Positions 12,768 to 29,116 of a stretch of 64,000 nt of DNA are shown here, in pieces; within the stretch, counting starts at the first letter, position 1; every line of letters begins with the position of its first letter. The DNA is taken from assembly GCA_964016885.1 (NCBI GenBank), contig OZ024742.1, positions 76,322,001-76,386,000 of the forward strand. Direction: 5' to 3'. The stretch is from Eledone cirrhosa (lineage: Eukaryota). The position numbers and the translations under genes are program-made. A model generated the notes under the pieces. It saw nothing but the letters and a program-made list of their open reading frames with translations. It was not told where the DNA came from and did not search any database.

Positions 12768-12805
12768 ATATTAATAAATGGAAACTATATTTATAAAACC
12801 ATAAT

Positions 12806-12871
12806 TATTTTATTATATATATTTCAAGTGCAACCAATACAAATTATGGTGCGCTTTCATCAAATAAAATA
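12806..12871 (-). ncRNA. Decayed type I HHR (C3U) of PLE family 2
   Basis: TATTTTAT-tTGATGA-aag..ACCA..TGGT..ctt-GAAA-TATATA-T-A-ATAAAATA; perfect 8-bp stem I. Confidence 0.62.
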
Positions 12872-14440
12872 CAGATTTGTTTCATAAATAAATATTGACA
12901 TACCCGGTAAAAAGACAACCTTAACTGTTGAAGTTCGCTGGATAGTGGAGATAATATTTTATTGAGGGTGATACGAAATTATGAGTGAGTATGCAAATGA
13001 GTGCCCGAAAAATTGAAAAAACAACGGTTTATTTAAATTAAACTCTTGGAAGAAAGGAGATGTAAAAGGGAGAGAGAAAAATATTGAGAGGGAGAGAGAA
13101 AAATATTGAGAGGGAGAGAGAAAACATATTGAAAGGGAGGGAGAAAGAATAGTGAAAGGGAGAGAGAAGAAAAGAGAAACAGAAAGAGAGAAGAAGAAGG
13201 AAAGACAATATATTCAGAGGGAGAGAGAAGGACAGAAAAAAATATTGACAGGGAGAGAGAAAAAATATTGAAAGGGAGGGAGAAAGAATAGTGAAAGGGA
13301 GAGGGAAGAAAAGAGAAAGAAAGAGAGAAGAAGAAGGAAAGACGAGATTATGCACAGTGATAATGAACGGAAGGGAAGCGAACGAAGAAATAAGTTTTAC
13401 ATGGATGAATACTCAAAACGTAAATATATCGTTCATTATGATATGTTTATAGTATTTATAATGGTAAGTTAAAAATTAAATTATGGATAAAAAGAATTGT
13501 TAAGATTTAAAAATATTGTTAGAATTTAATTAAAATTTTAATTAAAATTTAATTAAAATATGATATATTACAAAAAGAAGTATTTAAAATGTATTAATAT
13601 GTAATAATAATATATGGGTTTAGATGGGTATGTTATGTTATAGATTATAAATTATTTAAATGTATGGTATTTTACATTGGAAAAAAATCTAGTATAGTTT
13701 ATTTGATTAATGTAAATTTGGCAAAATTATATTTAGCCAGAATTTATTAATAGTTGTAAGTCAAATCTTAAAAATCCAAATAATTCCAAAAATACGACAA
13801 TTTACGAGAGTTTACAAAGGAATAAGTACTTAATTAGAAGTATATATTAAATCCATTTAAAAATTCAGACTATAAATTAAGACTATAAAAATTGAGATTA
13901 TAAAAACAATAAGGAAGTTTAAAGGAAGTTAAAAGGGATTTTTTTTTAAACTCAAATGTCTCCAAGGATAGATAAAAATCTCTTTAAAAAGTTATAAGAA
14001 GTTATAAAAAGTTATAAAAAGTTATTAAAATTCATCTTAAAATATAATGAAAACATAAAACATACATTATTCCACATATATATAAATAATATAAATATTG
14101 GGATATATATGAAAATACATAAATATTATAAATGTTTAAAATATGCGAAGATATAAAGATATTGGAAGAATTGAAAATAGTGGTTTTTCCGTATCTTTCA
14201 AAAGAATCTTTCAAAAATGTTAGCAAAAGTTTTACAAAAATGATCAAAAAGTCTTTCGAAGGAAATTTTTAGAATTTTCAAAGCCTTTTCTTAAAAGGAT
14301 TTCAAGTAGTCATATAAAAAGGTTATGATATATTTTTTGGAGGGAGGATTGATAAGTGTAATAATACAAAGAATATTTATGAAGTTGAAATACTATAAAG
14401 TAAAGGTTTTAAGGAGTAAATTTAAATTTAATAAGTGTAT

Positions 14441-15019
14441 TTAGGAAGTTATTAAGGTTAGAATTATATTAAATTCTTGAATCATATATAGATATAATCT
14501 GAGTGACAAGATTATAGGTGTTTGGATATAGAAAACGTTATGTAAGTAAGATTGACCATATATTAAATTGTATATATTATATCTAAAAGTTGAATTTAAA
14601 CGATGTTTACAAGAACTAAATAAATTATTACGCAAATTAGTAGAGTTCTTACAGTTTAGTATAAATAATATTTCTTCGACGCATAAGCTGCAAAATTTGG
14701 ATAGAGCTGTGTAGGATGGTGGTTTGGAGACAATATTCCAAGATAAAGAATAGTTTATATTCTTGGATTTTAAGTTCCATAATAAGTTGGATAGAGAAGT
14801 TGAAGATTGTTTACCAATATTCGTAAAGGAACATTTATGGTTATTGAAACGAGATTTGAAGTCTGTCGATGTAGAGCCGACATAGTTGAAGGAATTGGTT
14901 TTGACATTGTAATTGTATACTATATTTTTAACTAAACAGTTATTATTTAAAGGACAGTTAGATTTATTTCTACAATTACATTTATTGGAATTTATATTAT
15001 TGGGAACCGTATCTAGCAT
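14441..15019 (-). pseudogene. PLE GIY-YIG endonuclease fragment (inverted arm)
   Basis: CxCx5CPx4C linker, [25 protein letters not shown]. Confidence 0.85.
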
Positions 15020-15030
15020 TATCCAATATA

Positions 15031-16330
15031 ATGAAACCGCAACTTAAAGAAATATTTTACTTAAAACTATGGAACGGTACTAATGAAGTTATAGATTGGT
15101 TCAATAACATAAAATATAAGCATAATAAAAAAATCATTCAATTGGATATTGTAAATTACTACTCATCTATCGCGCATACATTACTTAATAAAGCCCTTCT
15201 CTACGCATCTAAATATACTCATGTATCTAGTGATGAAATGCATATCATTTTAACTGCACGGAAAACCTTAATTAAATTCAGCAACCATCTTTGGACCACA
15301 GCAGATAGAGATAATAATTTCGATATCATTATGGGGTCATCAGACTCGGCGCAAATAACAGATCTTGTGGGCTTTTTATTAACAATACACTACATAGTAA
15401 ACTGCCGGTGATGACTGGTGGTTTATATTGTGATGATATGCTGCTGTTAATTGAAAAGAAAATAATAATTGGGAAATCAATAATAACATTTTTTAATAGT
15501 TATAATCTTAAGTTAGAAATATAAAATAAGTATAAACTTATTAACTTTTTAGACGTAATATTAAACCTTAATACTGGGCTATACTATCCATTCCATAACA
15601 TTAATGAGAAATTAAACTATGTTAGCTTCAACTCTAATCATCCTAGATACATTAAGAACACTATCGTAAATTCTGTACAACAACGTATTTCTCGAATCTC
15701 AGCGAATAAAAATATATTTGAAGATAAGGCACAATATTATAACGAAGCTTTAAGTAGAGCAGGCTATATAAAGGAAATTAAATACATCAACAACAATGAT
15801 AAGGTAATTAACAATAATATTAATTATAATAAAAACCTAGCATAAACGCTAAAACTAACAATAAATATAACTAGAAATATAATCTGGTATGCTCCTCCAT
15901 TTTAACTAAGTATTAAAACACCTCTAGCTAAACTATTTTTTAAAGCTCTTGATAAATGTTTTCCCAAATGTTTACTCAATCTTTAACAGACATACAATTA
16001 AACTATCTTACTCTACTACTATGAACCTGGCACAAAATATAAATAGAATCAATAATAGAAATCTAAACATTAACCAGAATAGCACTAATACCTCTAGCAA
16101 TATCCAATATAATAATACTGTTACGAATAATATAAACTCTGATAAATGTAATTGTAGAATTAAATCTAACTGTCCTTTAAAAAATAACTGTTTAGTTAAA
16201 AATGTGGTCTATGAATACAATGTCAAAACCACTGATAATATTTTTAACTATGTTGGCTCAACTTCTACAGATTTAAATCTCGTTTCAATAACCATAAATG
16301 CTCGTTTAATAATATTGGTAAAAAATGTTC
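15031..16330 (+). pseudogene. PLE reverse transcriptase and linker, frameshifted
   Basis: ORFs 15031-15411 and 15949-16371, plus the YCDD motif at ~15425-15436. Confidence 0.85.
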
Positions 16331-16331
16331 A

Positions 16332-16908
16332 GCATACTACTGTACGTCTGTATACATATAAGCAGGGTTGATAGACACTGTACGGCTTAATTCGGGCTGT
16401 TTGTTTACAAACACAACGAGCATTATGATAAATGTTCGGTGAATCCATACGAACACATATATATGTGTGCATGTATGTATATATATATATATGTATATAT
16501 ACTACTGTACGTCTGTATACATATATGTATATACTTATACATACTTATATTTAAGTGACAGCCGTACTAAGAGTGAGAAATGAAATTTCGTTTCATTTTT
16601 TCCGCTTATCGTTTTCGGTACCCCGGCCGATAACTCACTCGATATGCAAATTGGGCTGCTCAGCCGTTAATATGCATAAGGAAAGTAAATACTTTCAGAC
16701 GTTCAACCATCTGGCAGGAAGGTATACGTTGCTGACGATAGCTAATAAGGTTGAAACTAGTACAGCGTTCCTTTGTCGGTGTTGAACAAATGAGCAACGA
16801 TGGTTGCTAGACTCTGTACGGCTTAATTCGGGATGTTTGATTACAAACGCACCGAGCATTATAATATATGTTTGGTGAATCCATACGTACATATATATAT
16901 GTGTGCAA

Positions 16909-16910
<2 letters not shown>
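16332..16910 (+). mobile_element. Family D retrozyme-like insertion that truncates the PLE, with HHR at 16726-16768
   Basis: Near-identical to 12110-12640; ACGTTG-CTGACGA..GAAA-CTAG-TA-CAGCGT. Confidence 0.78.
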
Positions 16911-16939
<29 letters not shown>

Positions 16940-16942
<3 letters not shown>

Positions 16943-17277
16943 TTAAGTCGTTTGGAAGCCTCGACAATGCAAATGAGTAAATCTCCGGGTAACAAGATCC
17001 GGTGGTGGAGAGAGAGATGTAAGTGGGTGTACGTTGGGATGCGTGGCGTGTACAACACGTGTAGAGGAAAGAAGGAAAGAGCATAAGGATAAAATAAAAA
17101 TAACAACACGAGACAGAGTTACCTTGGGAGAGATGTAATTGTTCCTTCATTCCTCTACACGTCTTATACACGCCACGCATCTCAACGTACACCCGCTTAC
17201 ATCTGTCTCTCCACCACGGATCTTGTTACCCGGAGATTTACCCATTTGCATTGTCGAGGCTTCCAAACGACTTAAAG
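16940..17277. repeat. Fold-back element with ~137-bp inverted arms (16940-17077 and 17142-17277)
   Basis: ctttaagtcgtttggaagcctcgacaatgc... versus ...gcattgtcgaggcttccaaacgacttaaag. Confidence 0.9.
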
Positions 17278-17402
17278 AAATATACCTTATTATTCCACAA
17301 TACTTCAAGCTTTTTCTTATTTGCTAAACCTTGATTATATATATAAACGGATAAAATGAAACGAAATTTCATTTCCCACTCTTAGTACGGCTGTTACATA
17401 CT

Positions 17403-18002
<600 letters not shown>

Positions 18003-18029
18003 ACAGTTTTATTTAAATTGTTGGGATAC

Positions 18030-20705
18030 ACACAAGCAAATATTTTTATAACTGATATAAAGCACTCGACAAATATTTGGAGTAGATATACGATATTAAT
18101 AAATGGAAACTATATTTATAAAACCATATTTATTTCATTATATATATTTCAAGGATACCAAGTTACATTATGGTATGCTTTCATCTTTAAAGCTCTTGAC
18201 AAACGATTCCCTAGAACACCTAAATATTACTCAATTTTTAATAGACATACTATAAAATTAACCCACTCTTCCACCAAAAATTTAGCGCAAAATATTAATA
18301 GAATTAATAATAGAAATTTAAAATCTAACCAAAATACCAATAATAACCCAAGCAATATTCAATCGAATAACCGTAACTGTAGAAATAAATCCAACTGTCC
18401 GTTAAATAACAACTGCTTAGCTAAAAATCTAGTTCATAATTGTAATGTTAAAACTAATTTAAATTCATTTAACTATGTCGGTTCTACCTCTACAGAATTT
18501 AAATCCCGCTTCAATAATCATAAAAATTCTTATACAGATCCAAACAAAAAATCTTCAACTCGCTATCTAGCCTATTATGAGGACCTAAAACGAGATAATG
18601 TTGAATATTCGCTGATTTGGAATATTATTTCATAAGCTACTCCTCTTCAGAAAATTGTGACCTTTTGTATAGAGGAAATATTTTTTATATTAAAGACCAA
18701 AAATTCCCTTAATTTAAGGAATAATTTATTCAGTTGCTGCAGACATAGGTTGAACTCAACGTTTAAATATAAATATAAATTTAAAATGTAGTTTAATTAA
18801 TTAAGTAATTTAGTTAATATATCTAACCTGTCGATAAATCATTAGATTCCTTCACCTTTTTCATCTTCTTTGGTTAAGTACCCAAATATAAATTTTCTTC
18901 ATAAATATAATTATAAATATAATAAACTATTCTAGAAAAGTTTATCCTTTCAATATCTTGAAAAAAATATACGTAAGATAAATGTCTATACTAAACATAT
19001 TATTTTAGCTTAAAATATTCTATAATATTTTAAGAGTTTTTAAAATTATTTTAAATTTTTTAAAGTTTTTAAAATTTTTGAAATTTTAAAGATTTTTTTA
19101 AAATTTTTTGAAATTCTTTAAAAATTTAAAAAAAATTGTTTTCATTTTTTAAAATGTCTTTATTTTTTTTTTTTATTTTTAGACTTTTTAATATTTTGAT
19201 ATCTGTAGAATCCTTGTTTTTTAAGTTATATTGATATAATATTTTATTTTTTATTAGATTTATTTTTTATTAGATTCATTTTATTTTTTTTTTTATTAGA
19301 TTCATTTTATTTTTTATTTTTATTAGATTTGTTTTTATTCTGATAGCTTCTCATACTTTTTATTAGATTTATTTTTTTATTCTGATAGCTTCTCATAATT
19401 TTCAAAAGTTTGTCCTTTCAATATCTTGATTAAAATATACGTAAGATTAATTTCTATACTAAATATATTAAACACATTATTTTAACTTAAAATATTCTAT
19501 AATATTTTGGGATATTTTAGTATTTTGATATTTGTAGAATTCGTTTGATTTTTAAGTTATATTGATATAATTATATTTCCGAAATATAATTCTTTTGTAT
19601 TTTATATACTCAATTGTACTATGTTATATGTTGATTATATCTATATACGGCTAATGTATCTATATGTGTGTGTTGACATACATATACATGAGTTATATGC
19701 TTTTTTATGATTATATGTCTGTCTGTATATATGCATGAGTGACGCGTGTATACCAATTGAAGATGCACACACATATCTATTCATGTATAGCTAAGAATTA
19801 TGAATGTGAATGTACAGGCTTACACATGCAGTTTTTGATTGCAGATATGCACAACTTAACAGCCATAAATGCATGAAAGTTAATCCTATATATTTATATA
19901 TATATACTAAAACCTTTTAATTTTTAATTAATAACAGAGGGAATGTATGGCAAAAAATCACTTATGCTTTGTATATATATATTATGTGCGGGAGTAGATA
20001 TAATGTGTATTTTCTGAGTGAGTGTGTATATATATATATATTTATGTACATTTGCCTATGTGTATGTAATATGCGATAGATAATCTCTCTAGCAATATAT
20101 ATATTTTATAATGTTTAAATTCCTATGTTTAATATATTGATCTCAATTTTAAACTAAATATCTAATCATAATTAAACAATGTGTAATTTCTCATATTATA
20201 TATCTATATTCCATTCATGAATATTAATATTTCTAATTTTATTTATGCTTTTCATCCCAATTGTTAACTCAACTTAATATGACATAACTTACGGCTTTCG
20301 TTCTCTCCCCCCTCTCTCTATCTCTATATATCTCTCTCTGGATTTTTTTTTCTCTGTCTGATGGTTTGATATCTCCCCGTTATTTTTTCTCTGTTCTCTT
20401 TTCTTTTTGTTTTCTTCTTTTTTTTTATCTATCTCTCCCTTTCTTTTCTCCACGTTTCTTCCTCTCTCTCCATCTTTTTACTTACTCTTAACACTATGAC
20501 TTACTAAAGTAAACAAATCACTATCCTGATGGCCTCCAAAAACAACGGTCAATTTTTAAAAGGGGTACGTCAATGTCTATTTATAAAACTGTTATATATT
20601 GTATTTTGTCTGATGAAGGCATACCATAATGTAACTTGGTATCCTTTAAATATATATAATGAAATAAATATGGTTTTATAAATATAGTTTCCATTTATTA
20701 ATATC

Positions 20706-20708
<3 letters not shown>
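18030..20708 (+). mobile_element. 5'-truncated PLE family 2 copy: inverted HHR/tail (18030-18185), GIY-YIG (18183-18790), ~1.9-kb AT-rich 3'UTR, HHR (20602-20666) and tail into (TA)n
   Basis: [41 protein letters not shown]. 18087-18185 is the reverse complement of 20612-20708. Confidence 0.85.
20602..20666 (+). ncRNA. Type I HHR of PLE family 2 (G12U in this copy; GAAA intact in the inverted copy 18131-18185)
   Basis: TATTTTGT-CTGATGA-AGG-c-ATACCA..TGGTAT-CCTt-(T/G)AAA-TATATA-T-A-ATGAAATA. Confidence 0.68.
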
Positions 20709-20797
<89 letters not shown>

Positions 20798-20803
<6 letters not shown>

Positions 20804-21710
20804 CGGAAAAGTTCCAGGACTGATGTCACAAAATATTTATTTCAAACTCAAACTTCACACTAACAGTTTTTCTCCTTCAAAGTAATCCCCCTTGAGTGTA
20901 ATGCACTTTTCCATCCTTTTCTGTCACGCTTGCATGCACTCCTCGAAGGATTCTTCGGGGATCCTCCGCAGTTCCGTCATCACGGCCTTTTTGATGTCGT
21001 CCACGTCTTCAAAATGGGTCCCCTCCGGGTTATACTCGAAGATCCATGACTCATCACCGGTGATGACTGTCCGTAGCAAGTCTAGTTCGGTTTCAAGACG
21101 CTCGGTGATGTCCTGGCACACTTGAATGCGTCGACCCGTCTGGTCATCGTTCAACAGTTTTGGCACCATCTTCGCTGAGACTTTCCGCATGTCAAAATCT
21201 TCAGTGAAAATCTTCCAGATGCTGTCCCGATTCATGCCCAGCTCATTTGTCATCAAGCGAACAGTCAGACGGCGATTGCTAGCACCATCTGCCTGACACG
21301 CTCAACGTTGACCTCAGTACTGTTTGTTGAGTGTCTTCCGCTCCTAGGGTCATATTCCACGTTCTCGCGTCCTTCTTGAAACCTCTTGCACTACTTAAAA
21401 ACACGTGAGCGTGACATCGTCTCATCTCCATACACTTGCTGCAGCAATCCCACTGCTTCTGACGGAATTTTCCCCAACAGTACCAGAAACTTCAAGTTTG
21501 TTCGTTGGTCTGTGCTCCTTGTTTGATGAACTGAAATAGAGGACATGTATATAAAATTATGAAGAAAAAAGTTTGATCGCTGCAGAGACCTAAGATTGCA
21601 ATTACATACTCCAGCTGCATTACTTTAAAGGAGAAATCTCTTAGTGTCAAATTTGGGTTTGAAATAAATCATTTGTGACATCAGTCCTGGAACTTTTCTG
21701 ACACACCTCG
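20798..21710 (-). mobile_element. Internally deleted mariner (Tc1/mariner) DNA transposon
   Basis: ~55-bp TIRs (gtgtcggaaaagttccaggactgatgtcacaaa / tttgtgacatcagtcctggaacttttctgacacacctcg-TA). Transposase remnants QRTNLKF..VYGDETMSRSRVF, KMVPKLL, ITGDESWIFEYNPE fused directly to GTHFEDVDDIK (rest of the catalytic domain deleted). Confidence 0.9.
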
Positions 21711-21735
21711 TATATATATATATATATATATATAT

Positions 21736-23243
21736 ATAACTGTGATAACTCTGATAGGTTTCGGCCAGTATTGGCCCAGGCCATGCCTAACTTAATAACA
21801 CCACCTAGTGAAGTTTTACAAATCAGTGTTTGGGCACCATTGACCACTCGAGCAGAGAGTTATTGTTTACAGAGGCATATCCAGGAGTAAGAGGCTTTTT
21901 CAGGTTTTCTTGAAGGAATTTATCCAAAGACCTCTTGAACTTGATGGTCTTTGTTTCTGCTTTGATGTGTTTTGGTGTAATGTTATAGAATGCAGGGCCA
22001 ATTGAGGTGAAATACTTGTGCCGTATTGTTGTTATGAGATGCGAGTGAGATTTTTGTCGTGGGCGGATAGCACTGGGCGGAAGCCTTGGGTGTACATTAA
22101 AGGTGATGCCAACATCATTTGGGAAATGCTGATGGAATATTTTCCACGTCATACAGATAATGTAGCGCTCATGGGGACGTTGGAGAGAATAAAGGTCGAG
22201 CTTTTCTAATCAACTCCAATAGTCAAGGCCTGTCATGCCATCTATCTTTCTTGTAATTGACCGTTGGGGGTTCAACTTTCATGATATTTTGTTTCGTGCG
22301 GGGAGACCAGAGTAGACAACATTATTCAAGGTGGGGTCGGGCAAAAGTGGAGAAGAGAAGGATAACAGTCTGGATATCACTCAACTGGAAAGTTCTGAGA
22401 ATCCAGGAACACATTCTGCGGCCCATATCAACTTTGATGTTTATATGAGTGGCCCAGCTTATGTTGTTCTCCACAATTACTCCGAGGTCTCTGATGTTAT
22501 TGGATGCCACTTTGGCAGGGCTTGATTTTACTCCTTCGACTACAACATTCTGGGTTCTGTCTGTCAGGAGACATTTGATCCACCGTAGTAACCTTCCAGA
22601 GACACCAACATTGGATAGTTTTTTTCAGGAGAATCTTATGATCAACCCTGTCAAAGGCCTTGCTGAAATCAAAGTAGATGACACCAGTGTTGGAGCCCTC
22701 TCCCAAGTCTCTCAAAACATCGTCAAAATGATGCAGGAGCTGCGTTAGGCAGTCCCTTCCATTGCGGAACCCATGTTGGTTGGAGTACAGCAGGCCGTTG
22801 CTTTCAAGAAAGTGGGTTATTCGTGATCTCACAATCCTCTGAAATACATTGATAATATGAGAGGTGAGTGAGATCGGACGGTAGTTCACTGCAAGGGACT
22901 TATTTCCCTTTTTGAAGACTGGGACAACGGACAGGGACAAATAGTTTTCAGGAATATATCCAGTGTCCAGTGAGTTCCTCCACAAATTAGCAAGAGGAGA
23001 TGCAAGTTAGTGTCGACATACCTTCATGACACGAGCAGGCAACCTGTCGGGGCATAATGCTGAATTGTGTTTAATTTCGTTTATTGCCGCTAAGACATCT
23101 GGGGCGCCAAAAGTTATGTCTGATATAGTATGTTGGGGACTAACAGCACTGATACATCCCAGATCGGCCATATCAGGATTGCTGAAAACAGAGAAGTATT
23201 GTTTCTGCAATATCTCGCCCATGGTTTTGGCATTGTTTTGGAG
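21736..23243 (-). mobile_element. 5'-truncated CR1-group LINE (RT and 3' end) in (TA)n, with ~300-bp internal deletion
   Basis: NYRPISLTSHI, NQHGFRNGRDCLTQL, YFDFSKAFDRVDH, IRDLGV, RPHLE. Confidence 0.9.
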
Positions 23244-23259
23244 TATATATATAGGTATA

Positions 23260-23339
<80 letters not shown>

Positions 23340-23342
<3 letters not shown>

Positions 23343-23536
23343 CTTAAACCATTTTGTTTGTTTACCCTAGCGTCCCCCTTATTTACGTGTCCCAACGACT
23401 TTTTTTGGCCGTTGCTCGCACCAACCTCAGGTATATGGCCTTTAATGCGACGAAATGCCTACGACGGTTGGAAGGCCAATAATGAGGACAAACTGTTTCA
23501 TATGTAACCCATTTGCAGCGCCGCAGCTCCATTATT

Positions 23537-23540
<4 letters not shown>
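23340..23540 (-). mobile_element. ~200-bp PLE/retrozyme tail between (TA)n tracts, with a 5'-truncated HHR (23481-23540)
   Basis: Minus strand: (TA)n-TGATAA-[stem II]-GAAA-CA-gtt-TG-T-C-ctcatt. Confidence 0.45.
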
Positions 23541-23577
<37 letters not shown>

Positions 23578-23581
<4 letters not shown>

Positions 23582-24760
23582 TAAAATAACAGATTAAAGT
23601 TTAAGCAAAGAATCGCTGCTTTCACCCTTAACGGGATCTTCTGAAACTAACAAAGTCAATCTCTAAACGCAGAACTGGATATTTAAAAAAACGTTGCAAC
23701 CTGAGGAAGACAGGAAGACGATACTTTGGTTCGTGGTAACGTTCGCTGGCAAAGAACGGGAAAAAACGAATAATACGTCATTAATAGGAGCGGTGAAAAC
23801 AATTACGCGCAAAGACAGAACCACGTTTATGGTATAAAAGAGGTCGTAGACTAATGTTCTCTTAGGTGGTGCATAGAGACGTTCTCTGGCAATGAACGAA
23901 AAAACGAAGATAATAAGTCATATGTGGAGCGTGGAAACAATAGCATGCACAGACAAAACCACGTAAATGGTATAGCAGAAGTCGTAGACTAAAATTCTAA
24001 CTAGGAGACCAAATGAATCCCCGCTACAGAGTTAAGAACAAAGTAAATAAATACAATACAGAAGTAATAGAAATAAATAAATACATACACGCAAACAGAT
24101 ACGTACATACACAAGCATACGCAAAACCTTACCATAGGTATACAAAACCACGCACATATAAATATGTGTGTATATGCTTGTGTACAAATAAATAAATAAT
24201 TATATAAACGTATATAAGTAAATAAATACGTATATAACAAGCGCACACGCATACCTACATATAAATACACGAATGTTCGGAGACGTAAGTCAACTAAAAC
24301 AAGAGGTACACATATACACACACCCACCATACGTACGAACCTGCATACTCACGCAGACGCAAAACTCCCGCATACACATAGCCAAACCCTAAATACCAGA
24401 ATATGTAAAAATATACGTACGAGAAGGTATACATACCTTCACAAAACATACGGGTAATATATACTTACCTATGCAAATAAGTATAGGAATAAACAAAACA
24501 TATACTTAGCTCCCACATCAAGACGTAAAATATCCACGTATCGATCGTGCTATCCGTTAGGGTATAACGTGGGGCTGTAATACAGGAAAGTTTTGTGCAA
24601 TTTATGTTTACAAGCCGAAATTGCCTCAGATTTTTTTGTTTAAGATGTGGTCTTTGGCGTAAAGTATTTCCAGGGCCTCAGCGGCGCAGAGGTCACATGG
24701 TCTTTTATTTCCGTTATATGATCTAGCCCTAGCTAGGATCTCCCAGTGTAACTTATATAT
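23578..24760 (-). mobile_element. 3'-terminal 1.2 kb of PLE family 1 (GIY-YIG C-terminus, 3'UTR, HHR 23598-23648)
   Basis: LHWEILARARSYNGNKRPCDLCAAEALEIL matches the 9211 ORF; pLTR matches 6927-7435. Confidence 0.85.
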
Positions 24761-24911
24761 ATTACTATATATATATATATATATATATAAGTAAGTATGT
24801 TTTGAAACGTCCCATGTACGGCAATACTCATCTTTTTCCATTTATCTGAGGGTTCTAAACCCCATTATCAGGCTAAAATATCTTTAGTCAAAAATACAGT
24901 GAAAGCTATTC

Positions 24912-24954
<43 letters not shown>

Positions 24955-25080
24955 TTAGGGTAAACATTGATGCAGTTCAAATCAACCACTCAACGTACTT
25001 ATACCACATAGGAGTGACGGAGTAAATATCGAATAAGGAAGAGCGAAGTATTTCAGATGTTCAAGTGTTTTAATAATAAT

Positions 25081-25154
25081 GCTGTGATATATATTTCAAT
25101 GATGACAGTGACCACGCTGTTCCATGCGCCAGTGCAGCGACATCGTCAGATAGC
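25081..25154 (-). ncRNA. Type I HHR candidate (separate family)
   Basis: GCTAT-CTGACGA-[45-nt stem II region, weakly paired]-GAAA-TATATA-T-C-ACAGC, then a ~130-nt tail and (TA)n. Confidence 0.6.
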
Positions 25155-26087
25155 TTGTTACATAATAAGGTTATGTTTCCGAGGCAATCCAAATTGAATC
25201 GACATGGAAACGGACGAAGTGTGTGCTCTTGGCTTCTTCATCCCTTCCCTTGTGTGTGCCAATTCACCCCACCGGTCTGCGCAGGCGCAGGTCCGAAGGT
25301 AGTTTACCTTTAGCTGACGCAGATTTCAACGAAATTCGCTTCGTCAGTTCCCCCTCTCAACCAAACAATGACCCATTCAGGCCTGTAATATAGCTTACTG
25401 CTACCTACCCCGTCTGTGGCAGTCAGTCGAAAGCCAGTAGGGATGGGAGAGTGTGGGTATCTATAGGTCTCAATACTAGCTATCATTAAGCATGGACAGT
25501 ATAATTGACCATCAACCTCTAAGAGAAAATATACTTAATTCTAAGTATCATGGTTTCACAGTGGAAGTTATGAATGAGAGTTGTGAATTAGAACTAAAAA
25601 TTAAAAATTAAAAATCGAAAATCAGAAATCAAATATTAAAAATTAGAAATTAAAAATTAATAATTAAAAATTAAACAAATGTTCAAATGAGAATCTAGAT
25701 TGAGGTGAGTAAAAAAAAATAGATTGAAGTGAGAAAATAATATATGCACCCATACTATCTACTACGTAGAGAGCTGTTTAAGTAAGAAGTTTGGAAAGAG
25801 GTATTAATGTTACAGTTATATTATCTACATACTGAAGAGTAGAACGGAGGGTAAATTACAGTATGACAGGTAGTAGTTAGTCGGGCACATGGTTAGAATT
25901 TCCATCACATGGAATAAAACCAAAAAAACAGATATAATGTACACAAAAGGAAAAAACTAATAAATGCAAAAAACACATACAGTACACATATGAAAAACGA
26001 GATAGATGATTAATATGATTGTCAATTTGTCCATATATAGATTGAATTGAGGGGGCTACTGGATCAACCAACTCATAATATTATAAT

Positions 26088-26224
26088 ATAGTTACGTCCC
26101 TTTACAGTCTGAGTTCAAATCCCGCCTAGGTTAACTTTGCCTTTCATCCTTACGGGGTCGATAAAATAAAGTACCAGTAATGTACTGGGTAATTGCTGGC
26201 CTTGTGCCTAAAGTAGAAATAATT
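26088..26224 (+). mobile_element. tRNA-derived SINE (octopus-type), partial
   Basis: B box ctgagttcaaatcccgcc plus ctttgcctttcatccttacggggtcgataaaat; matches 55344-55525. Confidence 0.8.
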
Positions 26225-26342
26225 CTAATATTATATTATAACATTAATTCGTAAAATGTGTTAACACTACAAGTGAAGTCATTCTTTTCCTTTATTTCAA
26301 ATACACCTAACTGTACAAAGGTTCTCATACAATTTCCAATAA

Positions 26343-28645
<2,303 letters not shown>

Positions 28646-28649
28646 TAAT

Positions 28650-29114
<465 letters not shown>

Positions 29115-29116
<2 letters not shown>

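Larger units (their letters stand above)
12770..16330. mobile_element. PLE family 2 insertion with inverted structure: minus arm (GIY-YIG, AT-rich 3'UTR, HHR) 12770-15020 and plus arm (RT to GIY-YIG) 15031-16330
   Basis: Minus ORF 14441-15019 ([30 protein letters not shown]). Plus arm has LWNGTNEVIDWF, IIQLDIVNYY, MGSSDSAQITDLVG, GGLYCDD, NFLDV, RNIIWYAPP, CNCRIKSNCPL. Strand switch at ~15020-15030. Confidence 0.85.
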
